From contig MNCI01000291.1 of assembly GCA_015680685.1 (NCBI GenBank), forward strand, positions 259,853 to 323,852: a DNA stretch of 64,000 nucleotides, written 5' to 3'. The DNA is from Gnetum montanum (lineage: Eukaryota > Plantae > Gnetophyta). The position numbers and the translations under genes were made by a program. Every line of letters begins with the position of its first letter. Positions within the stretch are counted from its first letter, which is position 1. Below the pieces are notes generated by a model. That model made no database searches and was not told where the DNA came from. It saw nothing but the letters and a program-made list of their open reading frames with translations. Positions 1-12,893 of this stretch are shown piece by piece.

Positions 1-329
1 ATCCTATAGCCTTTCATAGTCTTATAGTTTAGCCAACATAGCCATTCTCAACATAGTTATTTACAACATTCATAGCCTTAAAACCTTAAAACAATAAAGT
101 CATCAACAACATATATAGGAAAAACTAAAACCAAAACTTAAAATTTAAAACATTTTAAGAATAATATATAAAAATATATCTAGCCATGGCTAGATTGTAT
201 GGCATAAATATTAAAGTAGTAAACCAAAAGTGTCAAAATGTCTACATCTCAAACATTGGCCAACATTGTTCATGTAAGATCCAACATGAAAACTAAAATG
301 AAATAGAAAATAAGTGCTATCACACCAAA

Positions 330-3300
330 TGTCTCGTGGTGCTAAGAGGGCATCTGGAATAGGAGGTGATTTATCATCATCATCACTATCACTGTTGGGG
401 CCTCTAGTGTTACTAGATGCCTATTGCATAACAACATAAAATCAATTAGTAACTAATAGCCAAAACTATGACTTAAATAAATCCAAAATTAAAATTCAAA
501 AATTAAAAGCCTTCAAACTTACAATTTGGCTTCATGAACTCTTGGAGAAGATGTTGAAGGCTAGTCTCCAAACAATGGAGAGTCTGGTCTTCCATCATGT
601 TGGCCTAGTTGACATCTTCAAAATTAATTTCAATGAGGATGTTAATCCTATCCACACCCATCCATGATGGCAGCTCCCATGAGACTGTAGCCATATAAAT
701 CTCATCTGTAGTTGTAGTGACTTCAAGAGAAGGAGACTCAACTACTGTGACAGTGCTCTCAAAGAGTTTTTAAGCACTCTTAGCCTCAATTCCCTAAATG
801 AACAGCTTCATCTTACGATATTCAATTGTATCCTTCTTTAGCCATTTCAAGTATGCCTCCCAATTAGCCTTACACTATCTCTTATGATCTTTTTACACCT
901 GGCCCCACTCTAGGACCTAGGCACTGTAATCCTTCTAGTCTTGGGCCTTTCAAAAGATCAAATCCATCTACATCTACTGATCAACCAACTCCCTAGAAAG
1001 AGCCACCTTGCCATGGATAGTGCACTAATAATAGGCCCACATGATCTCTTTAGTCTGTAAGTTCTTGAGTTATCCACTTAGGCCTTCATGAAGGTCTTAT
1101 TATCCTTGAGATCCCTAAGCCTCTCTAACTGCCTTTTATTTTTCTCCTCAAGGCCACAACTTACTCCCATGAAGTTTTTGCACATGAAACTGCAAGATCA
1201 ATGGTAGTTTTGTATAGCTTCATGGGGACATTTTGAGTTTCAAAAGGAAGCTTAGGTAAGGAGTCAAATTCCTTGTCTTGGGTCAAGTCCCACACAACTA
1301 ATGGCACTAAAACCAACAAGTATACCATAAACAAAATATACAATTGTATACCATCAAATCCTTTGGTGATGATAGATAGTAAATCTCCTATGTTCTTTGG
1401 TGGATTTTGGGCTTGCATAGTTGGATAAACATGCTTTATCCAAGGCCTAGATGGTTGGTTTAAGTCCTAGCTTACCCATCATCCATTCCTACTCACCACC
1501 AAGAACTTTGTGAATCTCTTTAGATAACCCACAAAAAATGCATAATGCATGTGGATTATCGTAGAGGCATCTTCACAAAGTTTGAGGATTTCCTCCTTGA
1601 GGCCCATAGCTAAAGAATTAGCCTAGTTGAAGCATGTGCCATCCATCAAGACCTTTTTGATGGTTCATCCCTATGCAATACCGATTACCTTCTTTTGAGA
1701 CAATAATTTAGGGAAGGCACTGGATCAAAACAAAGGATAAGATTCCTTTGCTTCAAAATTTGTGAAGCCATCCAACAAAAGCCTAGAGTAGCCCTTGTTG
1801 GCACTAAGCCACTCATAAGCTTCCTTGTAATGACCAATCTCCTTCACTGGTTTGGTGGCAACCATCACCCCATCAACAAGGATACCAAAAAATTCATAGA
1901 AGGTTGCCTTACTAATGGCAATGACAATCACTATGCCTCATGCTATGATGTGGAGCACATTGGCTCCTACATTAAAGAAGTCAATGACATTTAACATCTC
2001 TATGGAAGGGATGGAAAGGCTAGGTGCCATGAAGACATCAAGAAAACTAGCAAGCATGATTTTTTCTTAAACATCCTCAGATGCTTGCCCTTTTATCCAC
2101 TCCTATGTTGGTCTCACATCCCTAAACCTTAGGATGAGAGTATGTACATAGCGTCTAGAAATGGGTGCAATGATCTTGAAAGGAGTGGAATGTCTTGCAT
2201 GTCAACGATAACTACCTAGCATCAGTACAAGCATGTTTAGATCGTAGATAAAGACCATAAAAGCTTAAGTATAACATAGAAAACATTGTTACTCTCACCT
2301 TTCTTCTTCTTGATCAGTGAATCTTGTGTAAGGGTTCTAGTGGCAATGCCTTTATCTTTGACACTCTTGGAGGTGATCCACTAGATGTGTGCTATCTTGG
2401 CAACTACACACTTCTTTTAGATAGGGTTGAATTTAGTGGTGTATTTATCAAAATCCCCTCTCAACTATTCATACACAATAGTTGGAATACTAGGATATTT
2501 GGTAAATAAATTCAAGGTGGTTTGAGCTACTACCAAAGTTTGATCATCCATGATCAAGCCTTGATCATTGACCTTGTACATGCACGAAGTTCAAAAAATT
2601 GATAAGTCAAGAAAGGTGATAAAAATAGTAAAGCCAAAACATCAAGAACCTATAATAACCATGCTTATCCTTGTAACTGATACATGCTTCTTGAAGGATT
2701 CTAGAATAGGGTGTGAACTCTATGCACCATCATTAGAGTATTATCAAGATTGTACTAAGAGTACTCAAGCATTCTTTAGATGTCTAAAAGGTAATGTGTA
2801 TTGATGCAATTCCTTGTCTCTACTAGGTCTCTTGTTGCTTGGGCCACCAGATCATTAGTGATGAATCTAGCGATTGGCCTAGTAGACCCTAGTGGTAAGG
2901 TCTCCACTATGACCCTAGCCAAACCTATGGACAAGTGTGACCACATTATCATAATAAATTTTTGCAAGAGTTAGGTAAGGAACTCCCTGCTCTTGGTCAA
3001 ACCCATAGTGGGCCCCTCTCCAAGAACATGTTAGCTAGAGGAGTGCTAGGCTTGGGTTGGCCTACCTAGACAAAAATGGTTATAACTTCAGCATTACTGC
3101 TCCAAATTGAGTAAGCCCACAACCATTGAAAACCTTAAACGTAGAAATAAAAGCATGTAACCTTATATTTTAGAAATAACTAGCTATTTCTATAAAATAA
3201 ATTCATAAATGTTCTTTCTTTTTTGACCAGAAAAGCATCAAAAACACAAAAATTCACAAATTTTTTTTAATTTTAACCTCAAATTAAAGCCAAAAAATTT

Positions 3301-3564
3301 AAACAATCTTAAACCTCACCTCAAAGTTGATGGTAAAAAGCACATAAAATTGCAAACCTAATTTCAAAAGCAAATCAATTGAAGCCTAAATGAGCGAATG
3401 ACCTTAGATCTATGTAAAAGCCATCAAAATAGAAGGTAGGATTTTGTTGGAATTTAATTTTATGAATTCCTTTGGCATAGATCTAAAAAAATAGCTCCTA
3501 CCCTAGCTAGAGAAAGCACAAAAGCATCTAGAAAAATTAAAGGAGATTGCTAGGAATCGCCTAC
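330..3564 (-). pseudogene. Antisense, intron-containing accessory ORF of the Tat element (possibly plant-mobile-domain-like, with a coiled-coil/acidic C-terminus)
   Basis: One frame is broken mainly by TAG/TGA stops: ...EKIMLASFLDVFMAPSLSIPSIEMLNVIDFFNVGANVLHIIA*GIVIVIAISKATFYEFFGI...MDGTCFN*ANSLAMGLKEEI... It includes track ORFs 1725-1931 and 1161-1418. AT-rich GT..AG introns lie at 421-522, 2216-2298 and 3066-3564. The junction across 2216-2298 reads in frame (SLIKKKK-G-SYR). The domain identity is only a resemblance. Confidence 0.6.
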
Positions 3565-4149
3565 CTTGGACTAGCCATAGAAGATGCTTGGATGGAAACT
3601 AGCCTAGGAAACTTGGAGATGTTCTTTGTAGCCTTATGTGCCTCCAAAATCTTTTGATTTCTACTACTACCCCAATGCTACTTCATCTATCTCCACCAAT
3701 GCTGAAGAAGCTTGAAATATAGGAGTGAAGTGTCTATGCCAGCTAGGAGGAAGATCTAGTACTTCTACATAGAAAGATGGATGCTAATTCAATTAAGAAA
3801 TCTCTACTATAGCTCTAGGGGATGCACTTTAGTAGAAGAATAATAGTTTGTGCTCAACACTTAGCAATTTGACCATAAAAACAAGATCAAAACCTAAACA
3901 CCCACTCCTATTCCCCCATTGCCAATTTTATCTATTGGAACTCAAGGCACACTACAGTGCAAATTGGATGGGGAGTTTTCTCTACGTTGGGAATGATGGA
4001 AAATTGAAAACCAAATTCAGATTTTTGAATTTCAGGCAATGGACCCCAACATATGCCTTTATTTCATGGCACTCCTAGCTAGGAAGCTCCATCAACGTTG
4101 GGGTTTTGAGATCTTGTAACACCTATAACCATGATACAACCCATCCACC

Positions 4150-6765
4150 CCTATATCCATGCTAAACAACATGGAGCCAGTGTGGATATCAGCCTTCCCT
4201 ACCTTACAACATTATCACACTGACTCCCTTGCCATTTTTAGTAGTTGTGACCTACGTCATCCAACCTTGGGCTCTGAAAGGAAATTAGATCTTGTCAAAA
4301 CTTGACATTTTGGGCATCCACAATGGGGCAATCCTACCCAGCATGGAGTAAGGAGGCTAACACTCATACTTACTCCCTAATGCTTATCAAGCCTCGATCT
4401 TACCCCTAAGGTAGGCCCACATGACCTAGAACCCTTCCAGTCATCTCTAGTAGCCCTAAAACCTCACCTAACCTAGTTGAAAGTGCTCAAAACTTTTGAA
4501 TTTAGTTAATCCATGCTAGGGAAGGCTTCCTCCATAGTACCTAGCATGGATGGATGGGGGAAACTTAAGAAAGCCAAAATCAACCACCTAATTACTACTC
4601 CTTGACCTACAAACCACTTAACAATGTTTGGTAGCCAAATTTAGCCTTATCATAAGTTGATTTCACATACATAACCTTCTCAATGCTGGTGAAACCCTTC
4701 TCCACACTACCTAGCATGGAGCTAGTGTGAAAGCCTAGGGGATACCTAATAAAACCTTAATTATTACCAAGAATAGCCAAATAACCTACCCTAGTAACCT
4801 TTAGACCCTCTTAAAGCCTACTAGAGATTTCAGATATTCTAAAACTCATTAAAAATGCTAAAAAGCCATCACCCCTTCCATCTGCACTGGGGGTACCCCA
4901 TGCAATGTACAAAAAAGTACGATGATTGCATGAACATCTTGAAGACTTCAAATTGATGGATTTCAATGCTAAATCCTGGTCCTTAACCCTTTGCAACCCT
5001 AGAAACTTTAAAGCTCTTTCAAATCTTGTCAAAAGTGGCTCAAAACCTAAACCCAAGTTCATCCATGCTAGGGTAGACCCTCTTCCATATTGGCTAGCAT
5101 GGAGCCATTATGGATGAATAAGGGAATATTCAAAACTTCTAGGATTGGCCCTTAAATTGACTATTATTGACAACTTGATCCTCTTGGAGTCTCCAGTAGC
5201 TAAAACTTGACAAAAATTGTTTCATTTTAGACTTTTCTTACCTTCTACACTAAGCACCCCTTTCTTCCATGTTGGCCAACATGGAGCCAACATGGATGTG
5301 GCTAGGAAGGCTTCTAGAGGAGCACATACACTTTCAAACAATGTAAAATCATCTTATACCTATTCTAAAATCTTGTCAACACTTTTGAAAGCCATTGAAC
5401 TACCTGAAAATGACTATAAACTATAAAAATATAGTTCCCTAAGGTCTTCCATGGTGTCTCAACACTAGCTAACATGCAACTAGCATGGAACAAGTGGGAT
5501 AAGCCTAAAAACCATTTACAAACCCTTAAAATTATCAAAATTTGATCTTAATTCTGAACCATCAATGACAGCAACCCAAGAGACACACATGCATGATCAA
5601 AACTAACAAAAGATAGCAGAAAATAGGCTCCCTTGAGTCTTCCACACTAGAGGTCACCTCATCCATGCTAGCCAGCATGACTTTAGCATGAAAACTAGGG
5701 GGTAATACCAAAAATGCCAGTCCTTAACCTCAATAACCATGGGAGTTGACATGCATAGATGATTGTGGTCAAAATTAGCCTAGATATTAGATTTATGGTC
5801 TTTCCATCTTGTAAACCCTTTCTTCCATGCTAACCATCATGGAGCCAACATAGAGAAGTTTCCTTTTTTTTTTCTTTGATAGCAAATCAACACTCAAGGA
5901 GACCACAAACCTACACTAGCAAAGCCCAAGGCCACATAGCCTCAAGTTTATGCTTGTTAGAACCTATTCTAGCCCTTGAATCTTATCAACTCCCATCCTC
6001 CACACTAGCGCAACCTCCCCAACATGGATCAAATGGGAAATAACCTTGCATGACCTTAAATAGCTCCTAAACTTAGCCAAAATTAGGTAGAACTTGAGAA
6101 ATCATGGTTTATATCCCTATGATCCTAGAAACCTTGTCAATTTGCTCCTAAAACCACCCTAAGATCAAAAAAGCAAGGGCACCCGCTCTGATCCATGTTG
6201 GCGAGTGTGTAAACTACCTCAAACCTATTTTAACAGTTAAAACCCATCCAAAATGGCCTCAAAACCCTAATAGGATATGCAAAACTGCTAGATCCTAGTT
6301 CCAAATGGACATGCAATCATGTTTTGGTCTAGATTTTGATCATCTATGCTAAGCCCCCTTCCATCCATGCTATCTAGCATGGAGATAGGAGGTGAAGCTT
6401 TAAGACCTTCTTTTGACCTTTCTCGGCCTTCAAAATGATCAATCTTGATAGATTTGACCCCATGCTACCATGGGAAGACCTTAGAACTATAGTTTTGACC
6501 ATCTTGATGTCATGCAACATACCTTCATTGGTCTCCACACTAGCTTCATGCTTGCTAATGTGGAAGAAATTTCTAGGCTTAAGGGAGGGTTCCAAGGATT
6601 GAAATTGATGCTAAAAAGTAGCATATTTTCTTTCCCAATCAATTTTGCTGACATGCAAGCCATCAAAAGTAAAAAAATATTAAAAAAATCGTAGGAAACT
6701 ATCTGGATGTTCCATCCTTGCTGGGGATCATCCCTTCCATGCTAGATAGCATGGAAGCCTTAAAA
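4150..6765. repeat. Array of ~15 palindromic cores (TCCATGCTRG..TCCATGCTRGCYAGCATGGA) at ~183-bp period with diverged spacers
   Basis: Cores start near 4156, 4317, 4510, 4680, 4881, 5062, 5244, 5448, 5641, 5803, 5999, 6192, 6343, 6534 and 6715. Examples: atccatgctagccagcatga (5661), atccatgctatctagcatgga (6363), ttccatgctagatagcatggaa (6736). Confidence 0.8.
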
Positions 6766-7342
6766 GCCTTGCTTTTTTAGTTCAAACAAGCCTGAAACAA
6801 CCTTCATTGATGTCCAAAACTTATCCAAAAGCCTTGTATCCTTAAACCATGCCCCACTAAGGTCTAAAACTGGCAAAATCTAATCCTTTTTATCCATATT
6901 TTAACCAAGATTCACTATATGTATCTTGCGTTATCTTATTTAGCCTTTCTTTATCATATCATGATCTATTTTTACCATTGTTGCATTGTTGACCTTGTTT
7001 GGCCTCAACACTACCTTTGGTTCAATGTTTTAATCTTTATTATAGTCTTGTATGGCCTTGTTTAGCTTTTGATTCATATTAAATGATGGGGTTTGACCTT
7101 CCATAATCACGATTTGGCACCTTGTGACCATGGCCTACTAAGGCATAAAACTAGTATCACCACCTACCAAGGCCTTAAATTGGTAAGTTTGTGACCTCAG
7201 TTGAACTTGTCTTATCTTACATGCTATTTTTAGCCTTATTTAGCCTTTTTAGCCTTTTTTAGCCTTCATTTCATCTTATTGGCCTCTTTCTATTTCTTAT
7301 AACCTTATACAACCTTCTTCCCTTGTGTTTGCATTTTATAGC

Positions 7343-10300
7343 ATGGATTTGCATAATTTTATGGAATTTTGACATTTTACCCAAGTGTCACTTAATGTGC
7401 TTATGGTTGATATGAAAGACTGAAGTATTAGTACCTAGGAGTAGATTAGTTTTCCTTTGAGGCTAATTGGTCCTTATGGTGATGTAGAATGGTGTATTGA
7501 CCTTGATTGCCTAGATCTTGAGCCTAAGAGTCTTGTCGATCACATAGCCTCTATCGAGAAACCTATAGAATGGCCTAAAAGCCTAGCTAAAACCCTTGAC
7601 TTAGAGGTTGGTGACATGACTAAAGACTCTCTGGTTGAGGTTCATTTTACAACACATAGTGGTGAGGAGAAAATGCTAAAACTAAGTTCTTCACTAGAAC
7701 CTCAATAGTTTCAAAACATCACCAAGGTCCTATAAGACAACTTCAAGGTGTTTGCTTGGTCATATGAAGATATGGAAAGCTTAGATCCATACTTAATGCA
7801 ACACAACATCATACTTGATCCTAGCTGATGAGTCATGATATTGGATCCTTATATGTGATATCAGAGGTACTGAAGCAATATTGGACATGCAATGTCAGAG
7901 CCTGTCTCATTTCCTATAAATAAGAGACTAGGACACTTGGTTTATTATTAGTTTTTTTAGTCCCTTAGCTGAACTCTTATATTTTTTTCCCTTCTAGAGT
8001 TAGAATTATTTCTGAGTGCCCACAATAGGAGTCATAAAGTGAATGAATCTTTATTCAAGAATTGTGTACCTAAGCACACCTTGTGACTAGAAATAAAAAA
8101 AAACTTTATGATAAACCTTGCAACATTTAGAATAGCTTAATTATTGCATTTCATGTTATTTACTGTTATTTGATGCTTTCAATAGTTAATCAATGTTATT
8201 TCCATTGAATTTTTAATTATCAATGAATTATCACACTTAGCACAACCACTTCAAACATACGTGGAACACTTGGTAACCTAGTAACGATTAGCATTTGGTA
8301 ATCACAGTAGTATTACACTAGTTCAGGATGTGTCCAGCAAGTGGGAACAGATGCTGGTGTTAGGACTAGTTAGAGAATAGTTGATTAGTTAAATCAAATT
8401 AGTTACTAAATTATTTCATTTCCCTATTTTAAGCGCCAAGAACATAAAACATAAAAAGCATAAAAATCATATACCTCAAGTTTATTTAACCATATAATTT
8501 TTCCTTACAAGTAAACTTGGGAGGACAATAATCACATAACCCATCCTTGTTCTATGTAAGCACATAAGCACTTAATCCTTGGAGTTCAACCAAATCACAT
8601 GTGAACACTCATATTTGTATGGTTTGGCATAGGGGCACCTCGCTGCTCATCACTAGCATTAGACCAGTTAAGCAAAAATTGCACAAGATTAGACCTTAGT
8701 TGGACTTGGTAGTTTGTGATGAAATCATAAAAATCTACTAAGCTAGTTTCATTAGGGCTCTTGAATATGCAAAATGGGTGTCCAACATAGTGGTAGTCCT
8801 TAAGAAGAATAGGATTATCCATATTTGCATCAATTTCCAAGACCTAAATAAGACGACCATCAAGGTTGACTTACCTTTTACTAGTATTGATCAGCTTATC
8901 GATACTATGGTTGGGCATGCCTTATTGACCTTTCTGAATGGGTTCTTAGGATATAACTATATTAGGATTAACCTAGAGCACCAACTTAGTATAGCCTTCA
9001 TGACATCTTGGGGTACCTTTTACTACACTATGATGCCTTGTTGCCTTAAGAATGTGGAGCAACTTACCAATGAGTCATGATGTACATCTTTAGTGATTAC
9101 ATGCTAGGCTTGTTTAATGATTATGTGGATGATATACCTATTAAGTCCAAAGTGGCCAAAGACCATGATAATGACCTAGATCTTTTACTTAAGAAATGCC
9201 TCAAGTATGAGTTTAGGCTCAATTCCAAAAAGTGTGTTTTCGGTATCAAGATCAGCAAGAGGCTTGGCCTTGAAGTGTTTGAAGTAGGGATACATGTCGA
9301 TCCTGATAAGGTTAGGGCCATATCCAAATTGGTAGCACCTAACAATCTCAGGGAGCTATAGGGACTACAAGGCATATTACAATTTATCCATAGGTTTATC
9401 ATTAGGCTTATAGATAAGCTACAACCCATGCAACACTTACTTAAGAAAGGGATTCACTATGAGTGGACAACTTAATGCTAAGAGGCCTTTGAAAACCTTA
9501 GGCAAGATTTGGTGCAACTACAAACAGTCTATTCTCCCTAAGAGGGTAAACCATTTTACATCTACATTGCTATCTCCAACATGTTCATTGCCTCTCTACT
9601 CTATCAAACATGTGATGATGGAGTAGAGATGTCAGTATACTACCTTAGCCATGCATTAGTTGCTCACAAGACCAAATACACTAAAGTGGAGAAGTATTGT
9701 CTAGTAGTAGTATTCTAATTAAATAAGTAGAGACCCATCCTCTTCAAAAGCCAAGTCAACATAATTTGCAAAGATAACATACTTAGAGCCATAATGATCA
9801 ATATCTACGAGAATAGAAATATATCCTAATGGAAAGCCATAACAATAGATTTTAACCTTTATTACATCCCTTAATCCTCAATGAAAGGTCAAGCTATAGT
9901 CATACAACTCATAGTATCACCCATTGATGACCATGGAACCATAGATCCTAAGTTCCCTAATGAACATGTCACCACCATTAGCCATGTGCTCGAGGGCTAT
10001 GAGGTGGTCATGCACTTTGATAAAGCTTCAATTGCCCATGGATCTAATGTTGTTGTCAACATAACATTACCATCTAGTGAAGTTTGATCCTTCACTTACC
10101 ATTTTAAGTTTCGATGTGCCACAAACATATCAGAATATGATAGTTTGATCAAGGAAATGATGGTAGCTCATGACCTAGGAATCAAAAAATTAATGATTAG
10201 AGGTGATTCACAAGTTGTGGTTAACCAAGTAACCAAGATTTATGCATGTAAACTCAAACATTTATAGCCTTACTGTGATCAAGAAAAGCAATTATTGTAA

Positions 10301-11722
10301 TAATTTACAAATGTTAATATCCAACACATACCTTGAAATGAGAGTGTCATGGATGATGCAATTACAACATGACCCCTCAGTGTGATGCTAGATGTGTTTA
10401 GTAAGTTGTCCACCTTGACTATGGACTGTGCTATCCCCATCACTTTTTTTTCCATAGATCATATTGCTCCTACTAGGGAGTGGTATGATAATATCAAATT
10501 TTACCTCATGCATGGTGAATTTTCGCAAGGCCTAACTATTACTCAAAAGGACATTGTATGTAAAAAATCAAAATAGAATGCCATAATAGGTAATAACACA
10601 TTATGTTGATAGTCCTATGATGGTGTATTGTTAAAGTGCTTGAATAAAGCCAAAGCTAGAATAATACTAGATTAGGTTCACAAGGGTGTTTGTTGAGGAC
10701 ATATAGGACCTATAGCTATGGTCAATAAGATTAGATGACTAGGTTACTACTATCCCTATATGGAAAGCGATTTCCTAGAGAAGATTAAGACCTGCCACAT
10801 GTGCTAGCGGCATAGAAATCTCATACATGTACTACCAATTGAGTTACACACTACTTAGATAAGTTGGCTATTTTAACAAGGGGGGTTGGATATCATTAGA
10901 CCTATAACACCTAAGTCTTTAGTAGAGCATAGTTTCATCATCACTACGATTGAGTACTTCACAAAGTGGGTTGAAGCTATTCCCCTAAGGATGAAAACAT
11001 CTAAACAAGTCTATATATTCATCTTGGACAATATAGTAACCCATTTTGGCATACCTATGACCATAGTTACAGACAATGGACTATAATTTAGTAGCCAAGA
11101 AATGAAGGATTTTTATCATGACCTTGGCTTTAAGAATTCTTTCATATTTCCTTATTACCCTCAAGCCAATGGACAAGTAGAAGTAAGTAACAAGGCCATC
11201 ATCAACTTGCTCAAGAAGATTCTCAATAATAGTAAGCATAAATGGCATGAGCAACTTGTCTAGGCACTTTGGGACTATTAGACAATCTACTATATGACAA
11301 CTAGGGTAACACCTTATAGCTTGGTTTATGGTTTTGAAGCAATTTCACCTCTTGAATTATAGCTTTCATCATTCCAAGAAGTCTTGAATAACTTCATCAA
11401 TAATGAGCAAAGTATGGAGTTGTAGACTATGGACTTGGACTCAATGGAGGAGGAGAAAATATGGACACTTGCTCACATCAACCAATATCAAGAGAGGAAA
11501 AAACATTAACACTAGCCTAACCTAACCAACCATAAGATCAAGGAAGGCGACTTGATCCTCCAAGCCATCCACAAGCATGACGATAAAATTCTTAGCTAAA
11601 TGGAAAAGATCCTTCCTAATCACCATAGCCTATAGTAATGGAGTATTTAGGATTATAGACATGGATGGAATGAATTAGCTAATTTAGTTAATCATTCCTA
11701 TCTAAAGCCATGTTACATGTAG
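7343..11722 (+). pseudogene. pol: pol pseudogene (RT - RNase H - archaeal-type RNase H - integrase), interrupted by a solo LTR
   Basis: Pre-RT VFAWSYEDM. RT: WVSNIVVVLKKN..ICINFQDLNK, YVDD, LNSKKCVFG. RH tail: MKGQAI. aRH: MHFDKAS..TNISEY..LGIKKLMIRGDSQVVVNQV. INT: DII..EYFTKWVEAIP..HFGIP..IVTDNG, YYPQANGQVE. The ATG at 7343 is in frame with ORF 7457-7708. Confidence 0.92.
7826..8652 (+). mobile_element. Solo LTR (Athila-related family) inserted in the pol frame
   Basis: Termini are TGATGAG...CTCATCA with a perfect 5-bp TSD CTAGC (7821-7825 and 8653-8657). A TATA box CTATAAATA lies at 7914. The pol frame resumes after it. It is homologous to 23229-23950 (-) and 61133-61866. Confidence 0.95.
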
Positions 11723-12880
11723 CCTGCAATAGTGTTCATAGCCAACATCAAGCAAACGTGAATGAATGTTTTGATTACCTACCAAAGCCTTCAACCAACA
11801 ATATGGTCTATTGTGATCTTAAACTAGCACCATAGTCTGCTACAACCTTGGATTAGCAACATGATTTTCCAAGGCCTTAACCTAGTATCGTAGCCCACAT
11901 TGGCCTTAAACTAGCAACTTCAGTGTCTTGGGTAGCTCTATCATTTTTTTTCATCTCAGCATGCTATGTGGTCTGTATGCATTGTAATGTTATAACATGC
12001 TTTATCTACTTGGTTTTCTTGTCCTCTTGGAGTTATGCTTGCAAGATGAAGCCAAGATCCATCACAAAGGTGTAATTCATTATAGTAGCAAGTCATCACA
12101 TGACCTTGATGTGCAAGATTTAGTGAATTTTTATAGCTATGTAAGGAGTGCTTGTATCATTGCCCTCCATCTAAAACCACTCCTTGAGCCCAACACCTTA
12201 TCTTGATCATGACATTCCATATCTTGAGTAATAATGTTAACCAATGTCTAACATTCATGCATTTATGGTCATATGACATCCTTTTTTCATACTCCATCTC
12301 CAATTCCACTTGAATATAACACATCCAATTTAGTGGAAAATCATTAAGTTCATTAGACATAACATACTTCATTTAATGGGATAACCCCAAGTTAGTTTAG
12401 TGTAACATAACTCACTCAATAGGAAAACTAGATCTAACCTACCTTAGATAAGAAACCCAATGAAGGTTTCATCCCACAAAAAAAATGGGGATGTAGGTTG
12501 CCAAGCTAGATGGCTAGTAAAGACCAATGGCTCCAAACATAAGGGAGGAGCCCAGTGGCCAAAGAAACCTAAGAATGAAGTGTTGGTTCCTCAAATAAAT
12601 TTTTCAAGTAAGCCACACTTCTGAATTATCTAACCTACACATCAACACCACATCATAGTAATGGTATCAACACTTGGAATGCATTGTTAGCCCTTGTAAC
12701 CATCTCTCCATAACCTCATTACCATCTTCCCATCATAGCCTTATTCCATTATAACAAGTATTCTTTAGCATGGTTCAACATGAATAAATCAAGCATGGAG
12801 AGAGAACATTAATGGTGGACTTATTGGGTTGTTTTTTATTCTTTATTGGTGCCTCCCAAGTCAATCATCTAGACACCAAC

Positions 12881-12890
12881 AAAGAGAGGC
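12881..12890 (+). promoter_or_regulatory. Polypurine tract of the Tat element
   Basis: AAAGAGAGGC lies directly before CAT-TGAAACACC. The same context occurs at 55209-55230 and, reversed, at 40385-40410. Confidence 0.8.
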
Positions 12891-12893
12891 CAT

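Noticed and set aside
2975-3015. Short similarity to 1255-1295 suggesting an internal duplication in the accessory ORF
   Set aside because: It is too short and gapped to distinguish from chance without an alignment.
4150-6765. CRISPR-like look (palindromic repeats with unique spacers)
   Set aside because: The repeats are degenerate, spacers are ~140 bp, there are no cas genes, and the context is a plant retrotransposon.
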